Of a DNA stretch of 64,000 nt, positions 30,019 through 38,872 are shown in pieces. The notes beneath the pieces were generated by a model, which saw only the letters and a program-made list of their open reading frames with translations, did not search any database and was not told the DNA's origin. Each line of letters opens with the position of its first letter. Position 1 is the first letter of the stretch. Origin of the DNA: Rhodothermales bacterium (lineage in GTDB: Bacteria > Bacteroidota > Rhodothermia > Rhodothermales > JANQRZ01); contig JBDUXZ010000005.1 of the NCBI GenBank assembly GCA_039944855.1, positions 500,676 to 564,675 on the forward strand, read 5' to 3'. Position numbers and translations under genes: made by a program.

Positions 30019-31410
30019 ATGCCTGCTTCGTTCCGTGCGCTCTGCGCCTTCTTTCTGCTGCTCGGCCTCGCCGCCCCCCTCGCCGCGCAGGCGACGCGGA
30101 CGCCCGCCGAGCGCCTCGCTGCCGTCGAGGACTTCCTCGGGGCCGGCCCCGTCTTCGTCGTCCCTATCGAGGGGATGATCGACGCCGCGCTCGCCAACTA
30201 CGTCGAGCGCGCCCTCGCCGATGCCGCCGAGGCCGAGGCGTCGCTCGTGCTCTTCGACATCGACACCTTCGGCGGGCTCGTCGACGCCGCCGATCAGATT
30301 CGCTCGGCGATCCTCCACGCCGAGATCCCGACCGTCGCCTTCATCGACCCCAACGCGGCGAGCGCGGGCGCGCTGATCTCGTACGCCAACGACCTCATCG
30401 TGATGACGCCCGGCGCGTCGATCGGCGCGGCGACGGTCGTGGACGGGGCGGGGACGAAGGCGTCGGAGAAGATGCAGAGCTACATGCGCGGGCTGATGCG
30501 CGCGACGGCCGAGGCGAACGGCCGCGACCCCCGCCTCGCTGAAGCGATGGTAGACGAGAACCTCGCCGTCGACGGCGTTGTGGAGGCCGGGACGTTGCTC
30601 ACGCTCTCGGCGAGCGAAGCCGAGCGGCTCGGCGTCGCCGACGCCGTGTACGAGACGAAAGACGAGACGCTCGCCGCCCTCGGCGCCGCCGACCGCGAGC
30701 GCGTCGAGCACCGGGCCACGCGCGCCGAGCAGGTCCTCCGTTTCCTCGGCTCGCCCGTCGTCGCGTCGATCCTGATGATGATGATGCTCGGCGGGCTCTA
30801 CTTCGAGCTGCAGACGCCGGGCATCGGGTTCGCCGGGATGGCGTCGGTCCTCGGCGCGGCCCTCTTCTTCGCGCCGCACTACATGCTCGGGCTCGTGGCG
30901 AGCTGGGAGATCGTGCTCTTCGTGCTCGGCGTGCTGCTGCTGCTGGCCGAGGTCTTCGTCATCCCCGGGTTCGGCGTGGCGGGCATCACGGGCCTCGTGC
31001 TCACCTTCTTCTCGCTCGGCGCGGCGCTCATCGGGAACGTCGGGCTGAGCTTCCCGACGGACGGGGCGATCACGCAGGCGATCCTCACGCTCGCGGGCAC
31101 GCTCGTCCTCCTCGTCGTGCTGAGCTATTCGCTGGCGCGGTACATGCCCCGCTCGGAGCGGTTCAACCACCTCATCCTCGCCCCCGAACTCGGGAGCGCG
31201 TCGGGTTACACCTCGTCCGACACCGACGAAACCCTCCTCGGCCTCGTCGGCGTGGCGCTGACGACGCTGCGGCCGGCGGGGACGGCGGAGATCGACGGGC
31301 GCCGCGTGGACGTGGTTTCGCAGAGCACGTTCGTGTCGCAGGGCGAGGCGGTCGAGGTCGTCAGCGTGCGCGGGAGCCGGGTGGAGGTGCGTCCGGTACC
31401 GGCGTCGTAG
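30019..31410 (+). CDS. NfeD-family membrane-bound ClpP-class serine protease
   Basis: Signal peptide, then FVVPIEGMIDAALANYVERAL, IDTFGGLVDAA and NAASAGALISYA, then several TM helices and a C-terminal OB-like GEAVEVVSVRGSRVEV. Confidence 0.85.
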   Translation: MPASFRALCAFFLLLGLAAPLAAQATRTPAERLAAVEDFLGAGPVFVVPIEGMIDAALANYVERALADAAEAEASLVLFDIDTFGGLVDAADQIRSAILHAEIPTVAFIDPNAASAGALISYANDLIVMTPGASIGAATVVDGAGTKASEKMQSYMRGLMRATAEANGRDPRLAEAMVDENLAVDGVVEAGTLLTLSASEAERLGVADAVYETKDETLAALGAADRERVEHRATRAEQVLRFLGSPVVASILMMMMLGGLYFELQTPGIGFAGMASVLGAALFFAPHYMLGLVASWEIVLFVLGVLLLLAEVFVIPGFGVAGITGLVLTFFSLGAALIGNVGLSFPTDGAITQAILTLAGTLVLLVVLSYSLARYMPRSERFNHLILAPELGSASGYTSSDTDETLLGLVGVALTTLRPAGTAEIDGRRVDVVSQSTFVSQGEAVEVVSVRGSRVEVRPVPAS

Positions 31411-31449
31411 CTTACCCGTTCTAACGAGCGATCAACCGGCACGGCTCCT

Positions 31450-31977
31450 TTGGAACTCTTCATCCCCATCCTCCTCATCCTTTTCGGGCTCGGCTTGATC
31501 GCGCTCGAGGTCTACGTCGTGCCGGGAATCGGCGTCGTGGGGTTCGTCGGGGGCGCGGTGATCATCGCGGGCGTGATTTACGCCTTCGTGACGCACGGGG
31601 CGGCGGGCGGTGCGCTCGCCGCGCTCGGATCGCTCGGCGTCGGCGGTGGGATGTTCTACCTCATGTGGGAATCCGGCGCCTGGGACCGCTTCGTTCTCGC
31701 GACGAGCCTTAGCCGTGACACCGACGCCGACGCCCGCGACGCCGACGCTCGCTCGCGCTACCTCGGCCGCGACGCCGTCGCGATCACGCCGCTGCGTCCG
31801 GGCGGAATCGTCGAGGTTGGCGGGGAGCGCGTCGAGGTGCAGACGGAGGGCGAGTTCATCGCCTCGGGCAGCGCCGTCCGCATCGTGGCGATGGACCGCC
31901 GCCGCTTCTTCGTCCGCCTCGCCGACGCACCCGACCCGGAGCCCGCTACTGTCCCGGACCGCGGCCCACAGCGCTGA
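31450..31977 (+). CDS. short NfeD-family protein (TM helices plus OB-fold)
   Basis: ELFIPILLILFGLGLIALEVYVVPGIGVVGFVGG... and GGIVEVGGERVEVQTEGEFIASGSAVRIVAMD. The only in-frame start after the upstream stop is TTG at 31450. Confidence 0.7.
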   Translation: MELFIPILLILFGLGLIALEVYVVPGIGVVGFVGGAVIIAGVIYAFVTHGAAGGALAALGSLGVGGGMFYLMWESGAWDRFVLATSLSRDTDADARDADARSRYLGRDAVAITPLRPGGIVEVGGERVEVQTEGEFIASGSAVRIVAMDRRRFFVRLADAPDPEPATVPDRGPQR

Positions 31978-32042
31978 GCTTCGACCCCCTGCCACGCTCG
32001 CGGTCGCTCCGACTCTGCGAGTCTCTGCTCCCGGCTACACGT

Positions 32043-32112
32043 GGCTGTCCCCCTTGAAGGGGGACAGCTTTTTGGTTCCTGAGCGTAGCGATGGACCGAA
32101 AAGCGGGGGGTC
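32043..32112 (+). repeat. interspersed intergenic repeat, copy B; its 5' hairpin plus T-run is a plausible terminator of the nfeD pair
   Basis: GGCTGTCCCCCTTGAAGGGGGACAGCTTTTTGGTTCCTGAGCG..GCGATGGACCGAAAAGCGGGGGGTC. The hairpin is at 32044..32068 and the T-run at 32069..32073, 66 nt after the stop at 31977. Confidence 0.8.
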
Positions 32113-32173
32113 TGCCGGACCGGGCGCTCCTGCGGTATTTTGGCGGATCTCCATTCTATTGTCGCCGCTGCCC

Positions 32174-32824
32174 ATGTTCCGTTTCTGCTACTGCCTGCTC
32201 GCCCTCGCCGTCCTCGCCGGTTGTGAGACCGCGCCCGACCTCGGCCCGCCGCCAGGCTGGAACGCCGACGGGCTGGAGCGGTGGTGGCAGGAGGGCGTCG
32301 ACACGAGCACGGCGTTCCGCGACCTCGAAACGTTCGAGGCGATGAGCCTCAGCGAGCGGCCCGACGGGAAGCGGACCGAGGGGCCGGCCCACCGCAACAT
32401 CCAGCAGAACCTCATCGCGCTCTACCGCAACCAGCCCGAAGTCGTCGACTCGCTCTTCGGCGTGATCGCCGTCCCGCTCATCGACGAGCAGGCTGCCGAA
32501 GCGGACCGCGAGGACCTCGTGCAGGAGATCAATCGCGAGCTCAATCGGGTCTTTTTCTACCCTCGCCCCTCGCCTGAATCGGAGGTCACGATCGTCTATC
32601 CCGACAGCCTCCGGCAGGCCGGCATCGGCGGGAGCGTGAAGATGCAGGTCTACCTCAGCGAGGCCGGCGAGCCCCTCGCCATCAAGCGCATCGACTCGGT
32701 GCACCCGACGATCGACGCGATCGCGATGCGGGCGACGACGCAGAAGCGGTGGTCGCCCGCGCGGATGCGGAGCGGCCCGATGCGCTCGTGGGTGCGGAGC
32801 GTGCTACCCTTCACCGCACCCTGA
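32174..32824 (+). CDS. lipoprotein with TonB C-terminal-like domain
   Basis: From ATG 32174: MFRFCYCLLALAVLAGC (lipobox). The C-terminus VYPDSLRQAGIGGSVKMQVYLSEAGEPLAIKRIDSVHPTIDAIAMRATTQKRWSPA fits the TonB-C pattern. Confidence 0.68.
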   Translation: MFRFCYCLLALAVLAGCETAPDLGPPPGWNADGLERWWQEGVDTSTAFRDLETFEAMSLSERPDGKRTEGPAHRNIQQNLIALYRNQPEVVDSLFGVIAVPLIDEQAAEADREDLVQEINRELNRVFFYPRPSPESEVTIVYPDSLRQAGIGGSVKMQVYLSEAGEPLAIKRIDSVHPTIDAIAMRATTQKRWSPARMRSGPMRSWVRSVLPFTAP

Positions 32825-32847
32825 GCGGCGGCCGGGAAGGAGGGAAT

Positions 32848-34077
32848 ATGGAGCGTGTCGATGTAGCCGTGGTCGGCGCCGGCGCGGCCGGGCTGATGAC
32901 GGGAATCTGGGCCGGACGCACGGCCCCGAACCGCCGCGTCGTCCTCCTCGACGGGGCGCGGAAGCTGGGCGCGAAGATCCTCGTGGCCGGCGGCGGGCGC
33001 TGCAACGTAACCCACCACGCCGTCGACGCCCGCGCTTACGCCGGCTCGTCCCGGAACGCGATCAAAAAAGTGCTCCGCCGCTTCGACGTGCCCGCCACCG
33101 TCGACTTCTTCCGCGACCTCGGCGTCGAGCTGAAGCGCGAGGAGACGGGCAAGCTCTTCCCGACGACGGACAGCGCGCGGACCGTGCTCGACGCGCTCCT
33201 CCGCGCGAACCGCGAGGCCGGCGTCGAGATCCGCCACCCGCAGCGCGTCGAGTCGGTCGAGCGGACGGGCGACGGGTTCCGCGTCGTGGGCGAAGGGTTC
33301 ACGCTGGAGGCCGGGCGGCTCGTGCTCGCGACGGGCGGCCGGAGCCTGCCGAAGAGCGGGTCCGACGGGCACGGATATGCAATCGCGCGGTCGCTCGGCC
33401 ACACCGTCACGCGGCGCGTCTTCCCCGCCCTCGTCCCGCTCACGCTCCCGTCCGACCACTGGATCTGCGGGCTCAGCGGCGTCACGCTCCCGGCGACGGT
33501 CCAGCTCCGCAGCGCGACGGGGAAGAAGCTGACCGACTTCACCGACTCCACGCTCTGCACGCATTTCGGCCTCTCCGGCCCGTCCGTGCTCGACCTCAGC
33601 CGCTACTGGCTCGACGCCCGCTTCGACGACCCCGGCGCGCACGTCACCCTCAACTGGCTCCCCGGCGTGACGGCCGAAACGCTCGGCTGCGAGCTGCAAG
33701 CGCTCGGCGGGCAGACCGTGCTCCGCTTCCTCCGCGAGCGCCTGCCCGAGCGCGTCGCCCGCGCCCTGCTCGACGCGGCCGACGTGGACCCGGCGACGAC
33801 CGGCGACACGCTCACGCGCGACGCCCGCCGCGCCCTCGCCGGGGCCGTGACCGCCACGCCGCTCCCCCTCACCGGCGACCGGGGCTACCGCTACGCCGAG
33901 GTCACCGGCGGCGGCGTCCCGCTCACCGAATTGGACCTCGGCACGATGGAATCGCGCCTCACGCCGGGCCTGCACCTCTGCGGCGAGATCTGCGACGTCG
34001 ACGGCCGCATCGGCGGGTTCAACTTCCAGTGGGCGTGGGCGAGCGGCTACACCGCCGGCATCTCCATCGGGGCGTAG
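32848..34077 (+). CDS. HI0933/YhiN-family NAD(P)/FAD-dependent flavoprotein
   Basis: From ATG 32848, preceded by GGAAGGAGGG: VDVAVVGAGAAGLM, KILVAGGGRCNVTH and GEICDVDGRIGGFNFQWAWASG. Confidence 0.85.
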   Translation: MERVDVAVVGAGAAGLMTGIWAGRTAPNRRVVLLDGARKLGAKILVAGGGRCNVTHHAVDARAYAGSSRNAIKKVLRRFDVPATVDFFRDLGVELKREETGKLFPTTDSARTVLDALLRANREAGVEIRHPQRVESVERTGDGFRVVGEGFTLEAGRLVLATGGRSLPKSGSDGHGYAIARSLGHTVTRRVFPALVPLTLPSDHWICGLSGVTLPATVQLRSATGKKLTDFTDSTLCTHFGLSGPSVLDLSRYWLDARFDDPGAHVTLNWLPGVTAETLGCELQALGGQTVLRFLRERLPERVARALLDAADVDPATTGDTLTRDARRALAGAVTATPLPLTGDRGYRYAEVTGGGVPLTELDLGTMESRLTPGLHLCGEICDVDGRIGGFNFQWAWASGYTAGISIGA

Positions 34078-35285
34078 CCCTCAGCGAGCCGGGTTTCGGC
34101 GCGAAGGTCCTCGGCGAGGCGATCCCGCGCAATCTGCCGTTTGAGCTGGCGCGCGGCCGTCGTGTAGCCGCCGTCGGCGCCGTCGACGAAGTGGACTTGG
34201 CGGCCCATCCGGTTGAAGACGAGGCACGTCAGCGTGGCGCGGTCGGAGACGTGGAGGCCGTACGCGAGGCGGCCTCGTTTGCGCTGGCCGTCGAGCCACG
34301 CCGCGAGCGCTTCGCGTTGCTCGGGCGAGCCGCTGAGGACCATGCGGAGCGTGTCGTCGAACTTGCGGAAGTCGGTCGAGGCGCGCAGCAGCTTGGGGTA
34401 CTGCTCCCAATCCGTCTCCTGCGTCTTGAGGCGGAGGCCGACGAGGGCGATCCCGAGCAGGTTGAGGAGCCAGTGCTTGCGGCGGTACGCGACACGCGCG
34501 GACGGTGCGGCGCGGACGGACGCTTCGAGGTCGAGGTGGGCGGGGCGGCGGGCGAGGCGGAGCGCATCGAGCGAGACGGGGTGGGCGGCGTCGCCGTACG
34601 TCGCGTCGAGGACGCGGAGCGCGTCGCGGTACACCCCGAGCCGCTCGGCTTCGGTCTCTCCGGTTGCGAGCACGAGGAGGGTGACGACCTCGCCGCGTCG
34701 GCTGGAGATCTCCTCCCACCGGCATTCCAGTCCTTCGTAGAGCTTCCGCTCCGGGTCGTCCCACACCGGCCCGTCGCCGACGTCGTAGTGCTCGGCCGTC
34801 ACGAGGTCTTTGACGAGGTGCTCGGCCACGAGGAGGCCGCCGCCGGAGAACATCGCCTGGTCGTAGTTCGGCGAGACGGCGTGCTTGAGGACCGTGAGCC
34901 GCGCACCGCGTCGGTAGAGATCGGCGACGGGGACGATCCCGGCGCGGAGGTCGAGGCCGAGGTCGGCGGCGACGACGCGCTGGACGGCGCGGAGGATGGG
35001 CGGGACGGTCGCGGCGAGGCGCGGCGGGAGGAGGAGCGTCGCCCCGTCGCCGCCGAAGACGAACGGGAGGGCGAGGTCGCCGGCCACGTTGAGGAGGGCC
35101 GTGATCGACGCGGCGCCGGCGTAGTTCACGGCGCGGTAGCGCCCGGCGGCGACGGCGGCCGTCGAGCCGCGCACGTCCGTGATGACGACGCTCCAGTCCG
35201 CCGGGACCGGCGCGTAGGCGTCGGGGTCGGAGATGCGCGCGAAGTCGCGGTGGGCCGGGAGGTCGGCGTAGAACGAATCGCTCAC
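34047..35285 (-). CDS. DUF3095-like protein (possible divergent nucleotidyl-cyclase fold)
   Basis: From GTG 35285: VSDSFYADLPAHRDFARISDPDAYAPVPADWSVVITDVRGSTAAVAAGRYRAVNYAGAASITALLN...FVFGGDGATLLLP. The family assignment is from memory. The start overlaps the kinase stop (GTGA at 35282..35285). Its 3' end overlaps the convergent flavoprotein gene by 31 nt. Confidence 0.68.
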   Translation of the reverse strand: MSDSFYADLPAHRDFARISDPDAYAPVPADWSVVITDVRGSTAAVAAGRYRAVNYAGAASITALLNVAGDLALPFVFGGDGATLLLPPRLAATVPPILRAVQRVVAADLGLDLRAGIVPVADLYRRGARLTVLKHAVSPNYDQAMFSGGGLLVAEHLVKDLVTAEHYDVGDGPVWDDPERKLYEGLECRWEEISSRRGEVVTLLVLATGETEAERLGVYRDALRVLDATYGDAAHPVSLDALRLARRPAHLDLEASVRAAPSARVAYRRKHWLLNLLGIALVGLRLKTQETDWEQYPKLLRASTDFRKFDDTLRMVLSGSPEQREALAAWLDGQRKRGRLAYGLHVSDRATLTCLVFNRMGRQVHFVDGADGGYTTAARQLKRQIARDRLAEDLRAETRLAEGYAPMEMPAV

Positions 35286-36559
35286 GAGGCGGGCGGGGCT
35301 ACGGGCAGGCGGAGCCGGAAGGTGCTGCCGCCGCGGTCCGTACCGGCGCTGTGGGCCGTGATCTCGCCGCCGTGGAGCGCGAGATAGCGCCGCGCGAGCG
35401 TCAGCCCGAGCCCGATCCCCTCGTGCGTCCGGGTGAGGGAGTCCTGCACCTGATAGAACGGCTGGAAGACGCGGTCGAGATCGCCGGGGCCGAGGCCGGG
35501 GCCGTCGTCCTCCACGGTGATCTCGACGGACCGCCCGACGGTGCAGAGGCGGACGCGGACGGTGGCACCCTCGGAGGAGAAGGCGATGGCGTTGTCGAGG
35601 ACGGCGGAGAACGCGCGGTGGAGGTGGTCCATGTCGGCGTAGACCCATGCCGGCTCGTCGGCAAAGTCGAGGCCGAGGCGGACGCCCCGCTCCGCGAGGA
35701 GGGGGCTCATCGTGTCCACGGCGCGGTGGAGGAGGTACTGGACGAGGAGGCGTTGGGAGCCCGACGAGGGCGTGCTCCCGTGGCTGAGGTGCTCCATCGC
35801 GTCCACGACCCGGCCTGCCTTCTCCGCTGCCTGCCGCGTGATCGCGGCGAAGTCCGCGAGGTCGGGCGGGGCCTCTTCGGCGAGGACGGTGGCGTAGCCG
35901 AGGACGGTGGCGAGCGGGGTCCGCAGTTCGTGCGAGGCGATCGCCATGAAGTCGCTCTTCATCCGGTCGAGCTGGCTGAGGTCGTCATAAGCCTGGCGGA
36001 GGGCGCGCTGCTGCTGGGCGTTCCGCACGGCCACGGCCGCCTGCGCCGCGATGACGGTGAGCACGTCGATCGCGTCCGACGCGAAGTGCCCGGCGCGCGG
36101 GTTGAGCGCTTCGAGCACGCCGGTGGGCTGCCCGTGAACCTGAAGCGGCACGCCGATGAGCGCCTCCGTCTGCAGGGCGACGGCCTTCCCCACCTCGCCG
36201 AAGTGGCGGGCGTCGCGAGTGGGGTCGTCGACGCGGAGCGGGCGGTTCTCCCGGAAGATCACCCCGGCGAGGCTGCCTTCGAGCGGGACGGCAATCGCGG
36301 CGAGCGCCACGGGGTCCGAGCCCGTCGCCGCGGCAAAGCGGAGGCAGCCGGCGGCCTCGTCGAAGAGGAGGATCGACGCGGCGGTGCAATCGAGGACTTC
36401 CGTGGCCGTGTCGAGAATCGTCGTGAGGAGGCGGTCGAAGTCGGTCTCCGCGCTCAACGCGAGGCAGACGTCGAGGAGCCGGCTGAGGCGGGGCGGGGCG
36501 GAAGGGTAAAGCGGAGAGGGGGCGGGAATCATAAGGGAGTAGATCGAGGCATAGCGCAA
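35282..36559 (-). CDS. GAF-domain sensor histidine kinase
   Basis: GAF region LLTTILDTATEVLDCTAASILLFDEAAGCLRF, HisKA FMAIASHELRTPLATVLGY, and HATPase VEDDGPGLGPGDLDRVFQPFYQ...GIGLGLTLARR. An alternative start at Met10 is possible. Confidence 0.88.
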   Translation of the reverse strand: MRYASIYSLMIPAPSPLYPSAPPRLSRLLDVCLALSAETDFDRLLTTILDTATEVLDCTAASILLFDEAAGCLRFAAATGSDPVALAAIAVPLEGSLAGVIFRENRPLRVDDPTRDARHFGEVGKAVALQTEALIGVPLQVHGQPTGVLEALNPRAGHFASDAIDVLTVIAAQAAVAVRNAQQQRALRQAYDDLSQLDRMKSDFMAIASHELRTPLATVLGYATVLAEEAPPDLADFAAITRQAAEKAGRVVDAMEHLSHGSTPSSGSQRLLVQYLLHRAVDTMSPLLAERGVRLGLDFADEPAWVYADMDHLHRAFSAVLDNAIAFSSEGATVRVRLCTVGRSVEITVEDDGPGLGPGDLDRVFQPFYQVQDSLTRTHEGIGLGLTLARRYLALHGGEITAHSAGTDRGGSTFRLRLPVAPPAS

Positions 36560-36996
36560 GGCGCGGCGTTCGGCATTCGTCGTTCTGCATTCAGTATCGT
36601 AGACACCGCGTGGTGCAGGTATCGGCTTCCGCCCCGGAGGTGTTTAGCGGGGCGGTACGGCGTGTCCATCACCGGAGGGCAGGCGAGCAGGCGTGGACGG
36701 GGACGGGGCGGCCTCGCTCATAGGGCGACGAGCAGACGGCGCGGCCGGTGCGGACGTTTCCGCAGGTTGTGCATCTCCTTTGCAAAGCAAGACGTTGGCT
36801 CTAACCCGTGGAGCAGCGCGCAGTACAGAAGGCGTCGATGAAGGAACTGTTGACCCCGCGTTCCGTGTATCGTATCATTGACTCCGCATTCAGTAATGCA
36901 TCCCGCCCTCCCCATCGCACCCATTCAGGATTGCGAGACGGCGTGTTGGGTGTAGCTGGTACAGAGCACCTCTCCTACTAACCCCTACCCCCCGCT

Positions 36997-38616
36997 ATGA
37001 AGAACATTCGCTACGTATTCCTCATGCTGTTCGTCCTCGCGCCGACGCTCGCCGTCGGGCAGGCCGAACCCGACAGCGTCGTTGTCGAGATCGCCGGGAC
37101 CCAGTACCCGTCCCTGGCTGCTAGCTTCGGCCCGCAGTTCGTCCTCGGCGAGAACATCGGCCCGCTCCCGCTCGTCCCCGTCGTGTCTCAGGCGACGGGC
37201 GAGTTCCCCGACGCGCCCCCGGCCGAGGGTTGCAACCCCCTCACCGCCGAGAGCGCGGCTGAAGTCGCTGGCAACATCGCGTTCGTCGAGCGCGGCGTGT
37301 GCCCCTTCGTCGCGAAGGTGCAGAACGCCGCCGCCGCCGGCGCCGTCGCCGTCGTCGTCTTCAACGACGAGCGCGAAGGGCCCGACAGCGAGACCATCAC
37401 CATCATGGGTGGTGACTGCACGGCGGAGCAGGGCTGCGACATCCCCGCTACCTTCGTCTCCCGCGCGAGCGGGCTGGCCATCGGCACCGAGATCAAGTTC
37501 GGCGAGGAGGCCACGATCATCCCGATCCGCATCACGGCTCCCCCGCCGCCCGCCTCCGTTGGCACGCACAACACGGGCGTGGTCACGTTTGACGTGTTCG
37601 ACTACGGCTTCCTCGGTGGCGACGTCTCGTTCGCTGGCAACGGCTTCCAGTTCAACGGCGTCAACGGCCTCTTCGTGAGCTCCGTGCTCGTCGGCATCGA
37701 CGGCAACGTCGTGTCGAACCCGTACGACGGTGCCTCCGAGTGGACGGACGTCCAGGACGTCGAGACCCTCGCGGCTCCGTTCCCGGCTCCGTTCGATGAC
37801 TTCGACGCCGGCTTCATCGCCGTCTTCGAGAACACGGACATCGGCATCCGCGTGACCGAGCGCTCGTACTCCCGCGCCGACGACCCGTTCGTGTTCGTCG
37901 ATCTCGAGGTGCAGAACATCTCCGGCAGCGACATCGCGGAAGCCTTCATCGGCCTCTTCGCTGACTGGGATGCGGGCACGACGTCGACCGACGATGCTGG
38001 GGTGGTTGACCTGGACCTCAACTTCGTCGGCGTCTTCGACCCGGTCGAGGCGAACCCGTGGTTCGGCGTCGCTGCGATCGGTGACCCGGGCTCCCTCTCC
38101 GGCTTCAGCGTGGACGCCACGACGGCCGACGACGCGCAGCTCTTCGAGGCGCTTACGACGCAGATCGACGGTGGTGGAGATCCCGCCGAGCGGGCTGCGG
38201 TCGCTGGTGTCGGTCCGTTCGCGATTGCGGCCGGCACGGCCGTCGTCGTCCGGTTTGCCTACGTCGGCGGTGCCGACCAGGCTGACCTCGCGGCGAACGT
38301 AGCCGCAGCGCAGGAGCTTGGCGCCGTCGCGGTCGAGGAGACCACGCCGGAAGGCACGTTCGTCCTTGAGTCGGCGTACCCGAACCCCGTCGCGTCCCGC
38401 GCGACGATCGGGTTCGAGCTGCCCACGGCGCAGGACGTCCGCCTCACCGTCTACGACGTGCTCGGCCGTGAGGTCGCGACCCTCGTCGACGGCGTCCGCC
38501 AGGCCGGCGCGCAGTCGGTCGAGCTCGACGTTGCTAGCCTCCCGAGCGGTGTGTACGTCTACCGCCTCAGCGCGGGGGCCACGCAGCTCACGCAGACGCT
38601 CACCGTCGTTCGGTAG
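36997..38616 (+). CDS. secreted PA-domain protein with T9SS C-terminal sorting domain
   Basis: Signal MKNIRYVFLMLFVLAPTLAVGQA. PA-like VAGNIAFVERGVCPFVAKVQNAAAAGAVAVVVFN. C-terminal AYPNPVASRATIGFELPTAQDVRLTVYDVLGREVATLV...GVYVYRL (Por/T9SS CTD). Confidence 0.85.
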   Translation: MKNIRYVFLMLFVLAPTLAVGQAEPDSVVVEIAGTQYPSLAASFGPQFVLGENIGPLPLVPVVSQATGEFPDAPPAEGCNPLTAESAAEVAGNIAFVERGVCPFVAKVQNAAAAGAVAVVVFNDEREGPDSETITIMGGDCTAEQGCDIPATFVSRASGLAIGTEIKFGEEATIIPIRITAPPPPASVGTHNTGVVTFDVFDYGFLGGDVSFAGNGFQFNGVNGLFVSSVLVGIDGNVVSNPYDGASEWTDVQDVETLAAPFPAPFDDFDAGFIAVFENTDIGIRVTERSYSRADDPFVFVDLEVQNISGSDIAEAFIGLFADWDAGTTSTDDAGVVDLDLNFVGVFDPVEANPWFGVAAIGDPGSLSGFSVDATTADDAQLFEALTTQIDGGGDPAERAAVAGVGPFAIAAGTAVVVRFAYVGGADQADLAANVAAAQELGAVAVEETTPEGTFVLESAYPNPVASRATIGFELPTAQDVRLTVYDVLGREVATLVDGVRQAGAQSVELDVASLPSGVYVYRLSAGATQLTQTLTVVR

Positions 38617-38671
38617 CGCCTGCTAGGCGAGCCGCCGGCACCGACGGTGCCAGGCCCGCCACCGCATGGAT

Positions 38672-38716
38672 CGAGGGGCCCCGCCGGTTTACTCCGGCGG
38701 GGCCTCTCGCTTTTTA
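38672..38716 (+). terminator. intrinsic terminator
   Basis: CGAGGGGCCCCGCCGG-tttact-CCGGCGGGGCCTCTCG followed by CTTTTTA. Confidence 0.75.
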
Positions 38717-38872
38717 CCGAGCGCCGCGCCGTCCGAGCCTGAGCGCCCTCGGAAACGGAAGCCGGCGCAGGTTCGGGCATCGGGCGATTGACAGGGGAGC
38801 GACGGGCAGGGTATATTTGCCGTCTGCGCGCGCGCCGCGCGCGCTTCCCATTCAGCCGCTCTATCCACGTTT

